64,000 nucleotides of DNA from the human T2T-CHM13v2.0 reference genome, Homo sapiens. Positions 12,601 through 26,637 of this stretch are shown here, piece after piece. The stretch lies in the NCBI RefSeq assembly GCF_009914755.1, contig NC_060933.1. One strand, 5' to 3'. The translations under genes were made by a program, and so were the position numbers. Each line of letters begins with the position of its first letter. Within the stretch, counting starts at the first letter, position 1. Below the pieces are notes generated by a model. That model made no database searches and was not told the DNA's origin. It was given only the letters and a program-made list of their open reading frames with translations.

Positions 12601-13713
12601 ACTCTTTTTGTGGAATCTGAAAGTGGATATTTGGATAGCTTTGAGGATTTCGTTGGAAACGGGATTACATATAAAATCTAGACAGAAGCATTCTCAGGAA
12701 CTTCTTTGTGATGTTTGCATTCACGTCACAGAACTGAACATTCCCTTTCATAGAGCATGTTTGAAACACTCTTTCTGTAGTATCTGCAAACGGACATTTC
12801 AAACGCTTTCAGGCCTATGGTGAGAAAGGAAATATCTTCACATAAAAACTAGACAGAAGCATTCTCAGAAACTTATTTGCGATGTGTGTCCTCAACTAAC
12901 AGAGTTGAACCTTTCTTTTGATACAACATTTTGGAACCACTCTTTTTGTAGAATCTGCAAGTGGATATTTGGATAGCTTTGAAGGTTTCGTTGGAAACGG
13001 GAATATCTTCATATAAAATCAAGACAGAAGCATTCTCAGAAACTTCTCTGTGATGTTTGCATTCAACTCATAGAGTTGAACACTTCCCTTCATACAGCAG
13101 GTTTGAAACACTCTTTTTGTAATATTTGGAAGTGGACATTTGCAGCGCTTTGAGGCCTATGTTGAAAAAGGAAATATCTTCTCCTAAAAACCAGACAGAA
13201 GCATTCTCAGAAACTTCCTTGTGATGTGTGTACTCAAGTAACAGAGTTGAACCTTCCTTTTGAAAGAGCAGTTTTGAAGCACTCTTTTTGTAGAATCTGC
13301 AAGTGGATATTTTGATACCTTTGAGGATTTCGTTGGACACGGGATATCTTCATATAAAATCTAGACAGAAGCATTCTCAGAAACTTCTTTGTGCTGTATG
13401 TCCTCAATTAACAGAGTTGAACCTTTGTGTGGATACAGCATTTTGGAAACATTCCTTTAGTAGAATCTGCAAGTTGATATTTAGATAGCTAGGAAGATTT
13501 CCTTGGAAACGGGAATATCTTCATATAAAATCTAGACGGAAGCATTCTCAGAAAGTGCTTTGTGATGTTTGCATTCAAGTCACAGAGTTGAATATTCCCT
13601 TTTATAGAGCAGGTTTGAAACACTCTTTCTGAACTACCTGGAAGTGGACATTTGGAGCGCTTTGAGGCCTATGTTGAAAAAGGAAATATCTTCCCATAAA
13701 AACTAGACAGAAG

Positions 13714-16700
13714 CATTCTCAGAAACTTGTTTGTGATGTGTGTATTCAACTAACAGAGATGAACCTTTCTTTTTACAGAGCAGTTTTGAAACACTTTTTT
13801 TGTGGAATCTGAAAGTGGTTATTTGGATAGCTTTGAGGATTTCGTTGGAAACGGGATTACATATAAAACCTAGAGAGAAGCATTCTCAGGAACTTCTTTG
13901 TGATGTTTCCATTCAAGTCACAGAACTGAACATTCCCTTTCATAGAGCATGTGTGAAACACTCTTTCTGTAGTATCTGCAAACGGACATTTCAAACGCTT
14001 TCAGGCCTTTGGTGAGAAAGGAAATATCTTCAAATAAAAACTAGACAGAAGAATTCTCAGAAACTTATTTGCGATGTGTGTCCTCAACTAACAGAGTTGA
14101 ACCTTTCTTTTGATACAACATTTTGGAACCACTCTTTTTGTAGAACCTGCAAGTGGATATTTGGATAGCTTTGAAGGTTTCGTTGGAAACGGGAATATCT
14201 TCATATAAAAACAAGACAGAAGCATTCTCAGAAACTTCTCTGTGATGTTTGCATTCAACTCATAGAGTTGAACACTTCCCTTCATACAGCAGGTTTGAAA
14301 CACTCTTTTTGTAATATTTGGAAGTGGACATTTGCAGCGCTTTGAGGCCTATGATGAAAAAGGAAATATCTTCCCATAAAAACTAGACAGAAGCATTCTC
14401 AGAAACTTGTTTGTGATGTGTGTATTCAACTAACAGAGATGAACCTTTCTTTTTACAGAGCAGTTTTGAAACACTCTTTTTGTGGAATCTGAAAGTGGAT
14501 ATTTGGATAGCTTTGCGGATTTCGTTGGAAACGGGATTACATATAAAATCTAGGGAGAAGCATTCTCAGGAACTTCTTTGTGATGTTTGCGTTCAAGTCA
14601 CAAAACTGAACATTCCCTTTCATAGAGCAGGTTTGAAACTCTCTTTCTGTAGTATCTGCAAGCGGACGTTTCAAGCGCTTTCAGGCCTGTGGTGAAAAAG
14701 GAAATATCTTCAAGTAAAAACTAGACAGAAGCATTCTCAGAAACTTATTTGCCATGTGTGTTCTCAACTAACAGAGTTGAACCTTTGTTTTGATGCGGCA
14801 TTTTGGAAACACTCTTTTTGTAGAATCTGCAGGTGGATATTCGGATAGCTTTGAAGGTTTCGTTGGAAACGGGAATATCTTCATATAAAATCTAGACGGA
14901 AGCATTCTCAGAAACTGCTTTGTGATGTTTTCATTCAAGTCACAGAGTAGAATGTTCCCTGTTATATACCAGGTTTGAGACACCTTTCTGCACTACCTGG
15001 AAGTGGACGTTTGGAGCGCTTTGAGGCCTTTGATGAAAAAGGAAATATCTTCCCATAAAAACTAGACAGAAGCATTCTCAGAAACTTGTTTGTGATGTGT
15101 GTATTCAACTAACAGAGATGAACGTTTCTTTTTACAGAGCAGTTTTGAAACACTCTTTTTGTGGAATCTGAAAGTGGATATTTGGATAGCTTTGAGGATT
15201 TCGTTGGAAACGGGATTACATATAAAATCTAGAGAGAAGCATTCTCAGGAACTTCTTTGTTATGTTTGCATTCACGTCACAGAACTGAACATTCCCTTTC
15301 ATAGAGCATGTTTGAAACACTCTTTCTGTAGTATCTGCAAACGGACATTTCAAACGCTTTCAGGCCTATGGTGAGAAAGGAAATATCTTCAAATAAAAAC
15401 TAGACAGAAGCATTCTCAGAAACTTATTTGCGATGTGTGTCCTCAACTAACAGAGTTGAACCTTTCTTTTGATACAACATTTTGGAACCACTCTTTTTGT
15501 AGAATCTGCAAGTCGATATTTGGATAGCTTTGAAGGTTTCGTTGGAAACGGGAATATCTTCATATAAAATCAAGACAGAAGCATTCTCAGAAACTTCTCT
15601 GTGATGTTTGCATTCAACTCATAGAGTTGAACACTTCCCTTCATACAGCAGGTTTGAAACACTCTTTTTGTAATATTTGGAAGTGGACATTTGCAGCGCT
15701 TTGAGGCCTATGATGAAAAAGGAAATATCTTCCCATAAAAACTAGACAGAAGCATTCTCAGAAACTTGTTTGTGATGTGTGTATTCAACTAACAGAGATG
15801 AACCTTTCTTTTTACAGAGCAGTTTTGAAACACTCTTTTTGTGGAATCTGAAAGTGGATATTTGGATAGCTTTGAGGATTTCGTTGGAAACGGGATTACA
15901 TATAAAATCTAGGGAGAAGCATTCTCAGGAACTTCTTTGTGATGTTTGCATTCAAGTCACAGAACTGAACATTCCCTTTCATAGAGCAGGTTTGAAACCC
16001 TCTTTCTGTAGTATCTGCAAGCTGACGTTTCATGCGCTTTCAGGCCTATGGTGAGAAAGGAAATATCTTCAAGTAAAAACTAGACAGAAGCCTTCTCAGA
16101 AACTTATTTGCCATGTGTGTTCTCAACTAACAGAGTTGAACCTTTGTTTTGATACGGCATTTTGGAAACACTCTTTTTGTAGAATCTGCAGGTGGATATT
16201 TGGATAGCTTTGAAGGTTTCGTTGGAAACGGGAATATCTTCATATAAAATCTCCACGGAAGCATTCTCAGAAACTGCTTGGTGATGTTTTCATTCAAGTC
16301 ACAGAGTAGAATGTTCCCTGTTATATACCAGGTTTGAGACACTCTTTCTGCACTACCTGGAAGTGGACGTTTGGATCGCTTTGAGGCCTTTGATGAAAAA
16401 GGAAATATCTTCCCATAAAAAGTAGACAGAAGCATTCTCAGAAACTTGTTTGTGATGTGTGTATTCAACTAACAGAGATGAACCTTTCTTTTTACAGAGC
16501 AGTTTTGAAACACTCTTTTTGTGGAATCTGGAAGTGGATATTTGGATAGCTTTGCGGATTTCGTTGGAAACGGGATTACATATAAAATCTAGGGAGAAGC
16601 ATTCTCAGGAACTTCTTTGTGATGTTTGCATTCACGTCACAGAACTGAACATTCCCTTTCATAGAGCATGTTTGAAACACTCTTTCTGTAGTATCTGCAA

Positions 16701-17112
16701 ACGGACATTTCAAACGCTTTCAGGCCTATGTTGAGAAAGGAAATATCTTCAAATAAAAACTAGACAGAAGCATTCTCAGAAACTTATTTGCGATGTGTGT
16801 CCTCAACTAACAGAGTTGAACCTTTCTTTAGTTACAACATTTTGGAACCACTCTTTTTGTAGAATCTGCAAGTGGATATTTGGATAGCTTTGAAGGTTTC
16901 GTTGGAAACGGGAATATCTTCATATAAAATCAAGACAGAAGCATTCTCAGAAACTTCTCTGTGATGTTTGCATTCAACTCATAGAGTTGAACACTTCCCT
17001 TCATAGAGCAGGTTTGAAACACTCTTTTTGTAATATTTGGAAGTGGACATTTGCAGCGCTTTGAGGCCTATGATGAAAAAGGAAATATCTTCCCATAAAA
17101 ACTAGACAGAAG
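13714..17112 (+). repeat. Run of five consecutive 4-mers with alternating types (local 8-mer, ~1360-bp period)
   Basis: Anchors at 13740, 14420, 15099, 15779, 16459 and 17139. Types run 2-1-2-1-2. Confidence 0.9.
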
Positions 17113-20100
17113 CATTCTCAGAAACTTGTTTGTGATGTGTGTATTCAACTAACAGAGATGAACCTTTCTTTTTACAGAGCAGTTTTGAAACACTCTTTTT
17201 GTGGAATCTGAAAGTGGATATTTGGATAGCTTTGCGGATTTCGTTGGAAACGGGATTACATATAAAATCTAGGGAGAAGCATTCTCAGGAACTTCTTTGT
17301 GATGTTTGCGTTCAAGTCACAGAACTGAACATTCCCTTTCATAGAGCAGGTTTGAAACACTCTTTCTGTAGTATCTGCAAGCGGACGTTTGAAGCGCTTT
17401 CAGGCCTGTGGTGAAAAAGGAAATATCTTCAAATAAAAACTAGACAGAAGCATTCTCAGAAACTTATTTGCGATGTGTGTTCTCAACTAAAAGAGTTGAA
17501 CCTTTGTTTGGATACAGCACTTTGGAAACACTCTTTTTGTAGAATCTGCAAGTGGATATTTGGATAGCTTTGAAGGTTTCGTTGGAAACGGGAATATCTT
17601 CATATAAAATCAAGACAGAAGCATTCTCAGAAACTTCTCTGTGATGTTTGCATTCAACTCATAGAGTTGAACACTTCCCTTCATACAGCAGGTTTGAAAC
17701 ACTCTTTTTCTAATATTTGGAAGTGGACATTTGCAGCGCTTTGAGGCCTATGTTGAAAAAGGAAATATCTTCTCCTAAAAACCAGACAGAAGCATTCTCA
17801 GAAACTTCCTTGTGATGTGTGTACTCAAGTAACAGAGTTGAACCTTCCTTTTGAAAGAGCAGTTTTGAAGCACTCTTTTTGTAGAATCTGCAAGTGGATA
17901 TTTTGATACCTTTGAGGATTTCGTAGGACACGGGATATCTTCATATAAAATCTAGACAGAAGCATTCTCAGAAACTTCTTTGTGCTGTATGTCCTCAATT
18001 AACTGAGTTGAACCTTTGTGTGGATACAGCATTTTGGAAACATTCCTTTAGTAGAATCTGCAAGTTGATATTTAGATAGCTAGGAAGATTTCCTTGGAAA
18101 CGGGAATATCTTCATATAAAATCTAGACGGAAGCATTCTCAGAAAGTGCTTTGTGATGTTTGCATTCCAGTCACAGAGTTGAATATTCCCTTTAATAGAG
18201 CAGGTTTGAAACACTCTTTCTGCACTACCTGGAAGTGGACATTTGGAGCGCTTTGAGGCCTATGTTGAAAAAGGAAATATCTTCCCATAAAAACTAGACA
18301 GAAGCATTCTCAGAAACTTGTTTGTGATGTGTGTATTCAACTAACAGAGATGAACCTTTCTTTTTACAGAGCAGTTTTGAAACACTCTTTTTGTGGAATC
18401 TGAAAGTGGATATTTGGATAGCTTTGAGGATTTCGTTGGAAACGGGATTACATATAAAACCTAGAGAGAAGCATTCTCAGGAACTTCTTTGTGATGTTTG
18501 CATTCAAGTCACAGAACTGAACATTCCCTTTCATAGAGCAGGTTTGAAACACTCTTTCTGTAGTATCTGCAAGCTGACGTTTCAAGCGCTTTCAGGCCTA
18601 TGGTGAGAAAGGAAATATCTTCAAGTAAAAACTAGACAGAAGCATTCTCAGAAACTTATTTGCCATGTGTGTTCTCAACTAACAGAGTTGAACCTTTGTT
18701 TTGATGCGGCATTTTGAAAACACTCTTTTTGTAGAATCTGCAGGTGGATATTCGGATAGCTTTGAAGGTTTCGTTGGAAACGGGAATATCTTCATATAAA
18801 ATCTAGACGGAAGCATTCTCAGAAACTGCTTTGTGATGTTTTCATTCAAGTCACAGAGTAGAATGTTCCCTGTTATATACCAGGTTTGAGACACTCTTTC
18901 TGCAGTACCTGGAAGTGGACGTTTGGAGCGCTTTGAGGCATATGTTGAAAAAGGAAATATCTTCCCATAAAAACTAGACAGAAGCATTCTCAGAAACTTG
19001 TTTGTGATGTGTGTATTCAACTAACAGAGATGAACCTTTCTTTTTACAGAGCAGTTTTGAAACACTCTTTTTGTGGAATCTGAAAGTGGATATTTGGATA
19101 GCTTTGAGGATTTCGTTGGAAACGGGATTACATATAAAATCTAGAGAGAAGCATTCTCAGGAACTTCTTTGTGATGTTTGCATTCACGTCACAGAACTGA
19201 ACATTCCCTTTCATAGAGCATGTTTGAAACACTCTTTCTGTAGTATCTGCAAACGGACATTTCAAACGCTTTCAGGCCTATGGTGAGAAAGGAAATATCT
19301 TCAAATAAAAACTAGACAGAAGCATTCTCAGAAACTTATTTGTGATGTGTGTCCTCAACTAACAGAGTTGAACATTTCTTTTGATACAACATTTTGGAAC
19401 CACTCTTTTTGTAGAATCTGCAAGTGGATATTTGGATAGCTTTGAAGGTTTCGTTGGAAACGGGAATATCTTCATATAAAATCAAGACAGAAGCATTCTC
19501 AGAAACTTCTCTGTGATGTTTGCATTCAACTCATAGAGTTGAACACTTCCCTTCATACAGCAGGTTTGAAACACTCTTTTTGTAATATTTGGAAGTGGAC
19601 ATTTGCAGCGCTTTGAGGCCTATGATGAAAAAGGAAATATCTTCCCATAAAAACTAGACAGAAGCATTCTCAGAAACTTGTTTGTGATGTGTGTATTCAA
19701 CTAACAGAGATGAACCTTTCTTTTTACAGAGCAGTTTTGAAACACTCTTTTTGTGGAATCTGAAAGTGGATATTTGGATAGCTTTGCGGATTTCGTTGGA
19801 AACGGGATTACATATAAAATCTAGGGAGAAGCATTCTCAGGAACTTCTTTGTGATGTTTGCGTTCAAGTCACAGAACTGAACATTCCCTTTCATAGAGCA
19901 GGTTTGAAACACTCTTTCTGTAGTATCTGCAAGCGGACGTTTCAAGCGCTTTCAGGCCTGTGGTGAAAAAGGAAATATCTTCAAATAAAAACTAGACAGA
20001 AGCATTCTCAGAAACTTATTTGCAATGTGTGTTCTCAACTAAAAGAGTTGAACCTTTGTTTGGATACAGCACTTTGGAAACACTCTTTTTGTAGAATCTG

Positions 20101-23100
20101 CAAGTGGATATTTGGATAGCTTTGAAGGTTTCGTTGGAAACGGGAATATCTTCATATAAAATCAAGACAGAAGCATTCTCAGAAACTTCTCTGTGATGTT
20201 TGCATTCAACTCATAGAGTTGAACACTTCCCTTCATACAGCAGGTTTGAAACACTCTTTTTCTAATATTTGGAAGTGGACATTTGCAGCGCTTTGAGGCC
20301 TATGTTGAAAAAGGAAATATCTTCTCCTAAAAACCAGACAGAAGCATTCTCAGAAACTTCCTTGTGATGTGTGTACTCAAGTAACAGAGTTGATCCTTCC
20401 TTTTGACAGAGCAGTTTTGAAGCACTCTTTTTGTAGAATCTGCAAGTGGATATTTTGATACCTTTGAGGATTTCGTTGGACACGGGATATCTTCATATAA
20501 AATCTAGACAGAAGCATTCTCAGAAACTTCTTTGTGCTGTATGTCCTCAATTAACAGAGTTGAACCTTTGTGTGGATACAGCATTTTGGAAACATTCCTT
20601 TAGTAGAATCTGCAAGTTGATATTTAGATAGCTAGGAAGATTTCCTTGGAAACGGGAATATCTTCATATAAAATCTAGACGGAAGCATTCTCAGAAAGTG
20701 CTTTGTGATGTTTGCATTCAAGTCACAGAGTTGAATATTCCCTTTAATAGAGCAGGTTTGAAACACTGTTTCTGCACTACCTGGAAGTGGACATTTGGAG
20801 CGCTTTGAGGCCTATGTTGAAAAAGGAAATATCTTCCCATAAAAACTAGACAGAAGCATTCTCAGAAACTTGTTTGTGATGTGTGTATTCAACTAACAGA
20901 GATGAACCTTTCTTTTTACAGAGCAGTTTTGAAACACTCTTTTTGTGGAATCTGAAAGTGGATATTTGGATAGCTTTGAGGATTTCGTTGGAAACGGGAT
21001 TACATATAAAACCTAGAGAGAAGCATTCTCAGGAACTTCTTTGTGATGTTTGCATTCAAGTCACAGAACTGAACATTCCCTTTCATAGAGCAGGTTTGAA
21101 ACACTCTTTCTGTAGTATCTGCAAGCTGACGTTTCAAGCGCTTTCAGGCCTATGGTGAGAAAGGAAATATCTTCAAGTAAAAACTAGACAGAAGCATTCT
21201 CAGAAACTTATTTGCCATGTGTGTTCTCAACTAACAGAGTTGAACCTTTGTTTTGATGCGGCATTTTGGAAACACTCTTTTTGTAGAATCTGCAGGTGGA
21301 TATTCGGATAGCTTTGAAGGTTTCGTTGGAAACGGGAATATCTTCATATAAAATCTAGACGGAAGCATTCTCAGAAACTGCTTTGTGATGTTTTCATTCT
21401 AGTCACAGAGTAGAATGTTCCCTGTTATATACCAGGTTTGAGACACTCTTTCTGCAGTACCTGGAAGTGGACGTTTGGAGCGCTTTGAGGCATATGTTGA
21501 AAAAGGAAATATCTTCCCATAAAAACTAGACAGAAGCATTCTCAGAAACTTGTTTGTGATGTGTGTATTCAACTAACAGAGATGAACCTTTCTTTTTACA
21601 GAGCAGTTTTGAAACACTCTTTTTGTGGAATCTGAAAGTGGATATTTGGATAGCTTTGAGGATTTCGTTGGAAACGGGATTACATATAAAATCTAGAGAG
21701 AAGCATTCTCAGGAACTTCTTTGTGATGTTTGCATTCACGTCACAGAACTGAACATTCCCTTTCATAGAGCATGTTTGAAACACTCTTTCTGTAGTATCT
21801 GCAAACGGACATTTCAAACGCTTTCAGGCCTATGGTGAGAAAGGAAATATCTTCAAATAAAAACTAGACAGAAGCATTCTCAGAAACTTATTTGTGATGT
21901 GTGTCCTCAACTAACAGAGTTGAACCTTTCTTTTGATACAACATTTTGGAACCACTCTTTTTGTAGAATCTGCAAGTGGATATTTGGATAGCTTTGAAGG
22001 TTTCGTTGGAAACGGGAATATCTTCATATAAAATCAAGACAGAAGCATTCTCAGAAACTTCTCTGTGATGTTTGCATTCAACTCATAGAGTTGAACACTT
22101 CCCTTCATACAGCAGGTTTGAAACACTCTTTTTGTAATATTTGGAAGTGGACATTTGCAGCGCTTTGAGGGCTATGATGAAAAAGGAAATATCTTCCCAT
22201 AAAAACTAGACAGAAGCATTCTCAGAAACTTGTTTGTGATCTGTGTATTCAACTAACAGAGATGAACCTTTCTTTTTACAGAGCAGTTTTGAAACACTCT
22301 TTTTGTGGAATCTGAAAGTGGATATTTGGATAGCTTTGCGGATTTCGTTGGAAACGGGATTACATATAAAATCTAGGGAGAAGCATTCTCAGGAACTTCT
22401 TTGTGATGTTTGCGTTCAAGTCACAGAACTGAACATTCCCTTTCATAGAGCAGGTTTGAAACACTCTTTCTGTAGTATCTGCAAGCTTACGTTTCAAGCG
22501 CTTTCAGGCCTGTGGTGAAAAAGGAAATATCTTCAAATAAAAACTAGACAGAAGCATTCTCAGAAACTTATTTGCGATGTGTGTTCTCAACTAAAAGAGT
22601 TGAACCTTTGTTTGGATACAGCACTTTGGAAACACTCTTTTTGTAGAATCTGCAAGTGGATATTTGGATAGCTTTGAAGGTTTCGTTGGAAACGGGAATA
22701 TCTTCATATAAAATCAAGACAGAAGCATTCTCAGAAACTTCTCTGTGATGTTTGCATTCAACTCATAGAGTTGAACACTTCCCTTCATACAGCAGGTTTG
22801 AAACACTCTTTTTCTAATATTTGGAAGTGGACATTTGCAGCGCTTTGAGGCCTATGTTGAAAAAGGAAATATCTTCTCCTAAAAACCAGACAGAAGCATT
22901 CTCAGAAACTTCCTTGTGATGTGTGTACTCAAGTAACAGAGTTGAACCTTCCTTTTGAAAGAGCAGTTTTGAAGCACTCTTTTTGTAGAATCTGCAAGTG
23001 GATATTTTGATACCTTTGAGGATTTCGTAGGACACGGGATATCTTCATATAAAATCTAGACAGAAGCATTCTCAGAAACTTCTTTGTGCTGTATGTCCTC

Positions 23101-26100
23101 AATTAACTGAGTTGAACCTTTGTGTGGATACAGCATTTTGGAAACATTCCTTTAGTAGAATCTGCAAGTTGATATTTAGATAGCTAGGAAGATTTCCTTG
23201 GAAACGGGAATATCTTCATATAAAATCTAGACGGAAGCATTCTCAGAAAGTGCTTTGTGATGTTTGCATTCCAGTCACAGAGTTGAATATTCCCTTTAAT
23301 AGAGCAGGTTTGAAACACTCTTTCTGCACTACCTGGAAGTGGACATTTGGAGCGCTTTGAGGCCTATGTTGAAAAAGGAAATATCTTCCCATAAAAACTA
23401 GACAGAAGCATTCTCAGAAACTTGTTTGTGATGTGTGTATTCAACTAACAGAGATGAACCTTTCTTTTTACAGAGCAGTTTTGAAACACTCTTTTTGTGG
23501 AATCTGAAAGTGGATATTTGGATAGCTTTGAGGATTTCGTTGGAAACGGGATTACATATAAAACCTAGAGAGAAGCATTCTCAGGAACTTCTTTGTGATG
23601 TTTGCATTCAAGTCACAGAACTGAACATTCCCTTTCATAGAGCAGGTTTGAAACACTCTTTCTGTAGTATCTGCAAGCTGACGTTTCAAGCGCTTTCAGG
23701 CCTATGGTGAGAAAGGAAATATCTTCAAGTAAAAACTAGACAGAAGCATTCTCAGAAACTTATTTGCCATGTGTGTTCTCAACTAACAGAGTTGAACCTT
23801 TGTTTTGATGCGGCATTTTGAAAACACTCTTTTTGTAGAATCTGCAGGTGGATATTCGGATAGCTTTGAAGGTTTCGTTGGAAACGGGAATATCTTCATA
23901 TAAAATCTAGACGGAAGCATTCTCAGAAACTGCTTTGTGATGTTTTCATTCAAGTCACAGAGTAGAATGTTCCCTGTTATATACCAGGTTTGAGACACTC
24001 TTTCTGCAGTACCTGGAAGTGGACGTTTGGAGCGCTTTGAGGCATATGTTGAAAAAGGAAATATCTTCCCATAAAAACTAGACAGAAGCATTCTCAGAAA
24101 CTTGTTTGTGATGTGTGTATTCAACTAACAGAGATGAACCTTTCTTTTTACAGAGCAGTTTTGAAACACTCTTTTTGTGGAATCTGAAAGTGGATATTTG
24201 GATAGCTTTGAGGATTTCGTTGGAAACGGGATTACATATAAAATCTAGAGAGAAGCATTCTCAGGAACTTCTTTGTGATGTTTGCATTCACGTCACAGAA
24301 CTGAACATTCCCTTTCATAGAGCATGTTTGAAACACTCTTTCTGTAGTATCTGCAAACGGACATTTCAAACGCTTTCAGGCCTATGGTGAGAAAGGAAAT
24401 ATCTTCAAATAAAAACTAGACAGAAGCATTCTCAGAAACTTATTTGTGATGTGTGTCCTCAACTAACAGAGTTGAACATTTCTTTTGATACAACATTTTG
24501 GAACCACTCTTTTTGTAGAATCTGCAAGTGGATATTTGGATAGCTTTGAAGGTTTCGTTGGAAACGGGAATATCTTCATATAAAATCAAGACAGAAGCAT
24601 TCTCAGAAACTTCTCTGTGATGTTTGCATTCAACTCATAGAGTTGAACACTTCCCTTCATACAGCAGGTTTGAAACACTCTTTTTGTAATATTTGGAAGT
24701 GGACATTTGCAGCGCTTTGAGGCCTATGATGAAAAAGGAAATATCTTCCCATAAAAACTAGACAGAAGCATTCTCAGAAACTTGTTTGTGATGTGTGTAT
24801 TCAACTAACAGAGATGAACCTTTCTTTTTACAGAGCAGTTTTGAAACACTCTTTTTGTGGAATCTGAAAGTGGATATTTGGATAGCTTTGCGGATTTCGT
24901 TGGAAACGGGATTACATATAAAATCTAGGGAGAAGCATTCTCAGGAACTTCTTTGTGATGTTTGCATTCAAGTCACAGAACTGAACATTCCCTTTCATAG
25001 AGCAGGTTTGAAACACTCTTTCTGTAGTATCTGCAAGCGGACGTTTCAAGCGCTTTCAGGCCTGTGGTGAAAAAGGAAATATCTTCAAATAAAAACTAGA
25101 CAGAAGCATTCTCAGAAACTTATTTGCGATGTGTGTTCTCAACTAAAAGAGTTGAACCTTTGTTTGGATACAGCACTTTGGAAACACTCTTTTTGTAGAA
25201 TCTGCAAGTGGATATTTGGATAGCTTTGAAGGTTTCGTTGGAAACGGGAATATCTTCATATAAAATCAAGACAGAAGCATTCTCAGAAACTTCTCTGTGA
25301 TGTTTGCATTCAACTCATAGAGTTGAACACTTCCCTTCATACAGCAGGTTTGAAACACTCTTTTTCTAATATTTGGAAGTGGACATTTGCAGCGCTTTGA
25401 GGCCTATGTTGAAAAAGGAAATATCTTCTCCTAAAAACCAGACAGAAGCATTCTCAGAAACTTCCTTGTGATGTGTGTACTCAAGTAACAGAGTTGAACC
25501 TTCCTTTTGACAGAGCAGTTTTGAAGCACTCTTTTTGTAGAATCTGCAAGTGGATATTTTGATACCTTTGAGGATTTCGTTGGACACGGGATATCTTCAT
25601 ATAAAATCTAGACAGAAGCATTCTCAGAAACTTCTTTGTGCTGTATGTCCTCAATTAACAGAGTTGAACCTTTGTGTGGATACAGCATTTTGGAAACATT
25701 CCTTTAGTAGAATCTGCAAGTTGATATTTAGATAGCTAGGAAGATTTCCTTGGACACGGGATATCTTCATATAAAATCTAGACAGAAGCATTCTCAGAAA
25801 CTGCTTTGAGATGTTTTCATTCATGTCACAGAGGAGAATGTTCCCTTTTATAGAGCAGGTTTGAAACACTCTGTGCACTACATGGAAGTGGACATTTGTA
25901 GCGCTTTGAGGCCTATGCGGAAAAAGGAAATATCTTCCCATAAAAACTAGACAGAAGCATTCTCAGAAACTTGTTTGTGATGTGTGTATTCAACTAACAG
26001 AGATGAACCTTTCTTTTTACAGAGCAGTTTTGAAACACTCTTTTTGTGGAATCTGAAATTGGATATTTGGACAGCTTTGAGGATTTCGTTGGAAACGGGA

Positions 26101-26637
26101 TTACATATAAAACCTAGAGAGAAGCATTCTCAGGAACTTCTTTGTGATGTTTGCATTCAAGTCACAGAACTGAACATTCCCTTTCATAGAGCAGGTTTGA
26201 AACACTCTTTCTGTAGTATCTGCAAGCTGACGTTTCAAGCGCTTTCAGGCCTATGGTGAGAAAGGAAATATCTTCAAGTAAAAACTAGACAGAAGCATTC
26301 TCAGAAAGTTATTTGCCATGTGTGTTCTCAACTAACAGAGTTGAACCTTTGTTTTGATACGGCATTTTGGAAACACTCTTTTTGTAGAATCTGCAGGTGG
26401 ATATTCGGATAGTTTTGAAGGTTTCGTTGGAAACGGGAATATCTTCATATTAAATCTAGACGGAAGCATTCTCAGAAACTGCTTTGTGATGTTTTCATTC
26501 AAGTCACAGAGTAGAATGTTCCCTTTTATAGAGCAGGTTTGAGACACTCTTTCTGCACTACCTGGAAGTGGACATTTGGAGCGCTTTGAGGCCTATGATG
26601 AAAAAGGAAATATCTTCCCATAAAAACTAGACAGAAG

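Larger units (their letters stand above)
1..25750 (+). repeat. Homogeneous domain dominated by 15-mer HORs
   Basis: Six complete 15-mers plus a few 7-mers, 11-mers and a 4-mer run. Copies differ mostly by scattered single substitutions, and the divergent D*, E* and deleted-G monomer variants are absent. Confidence 0.8.
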
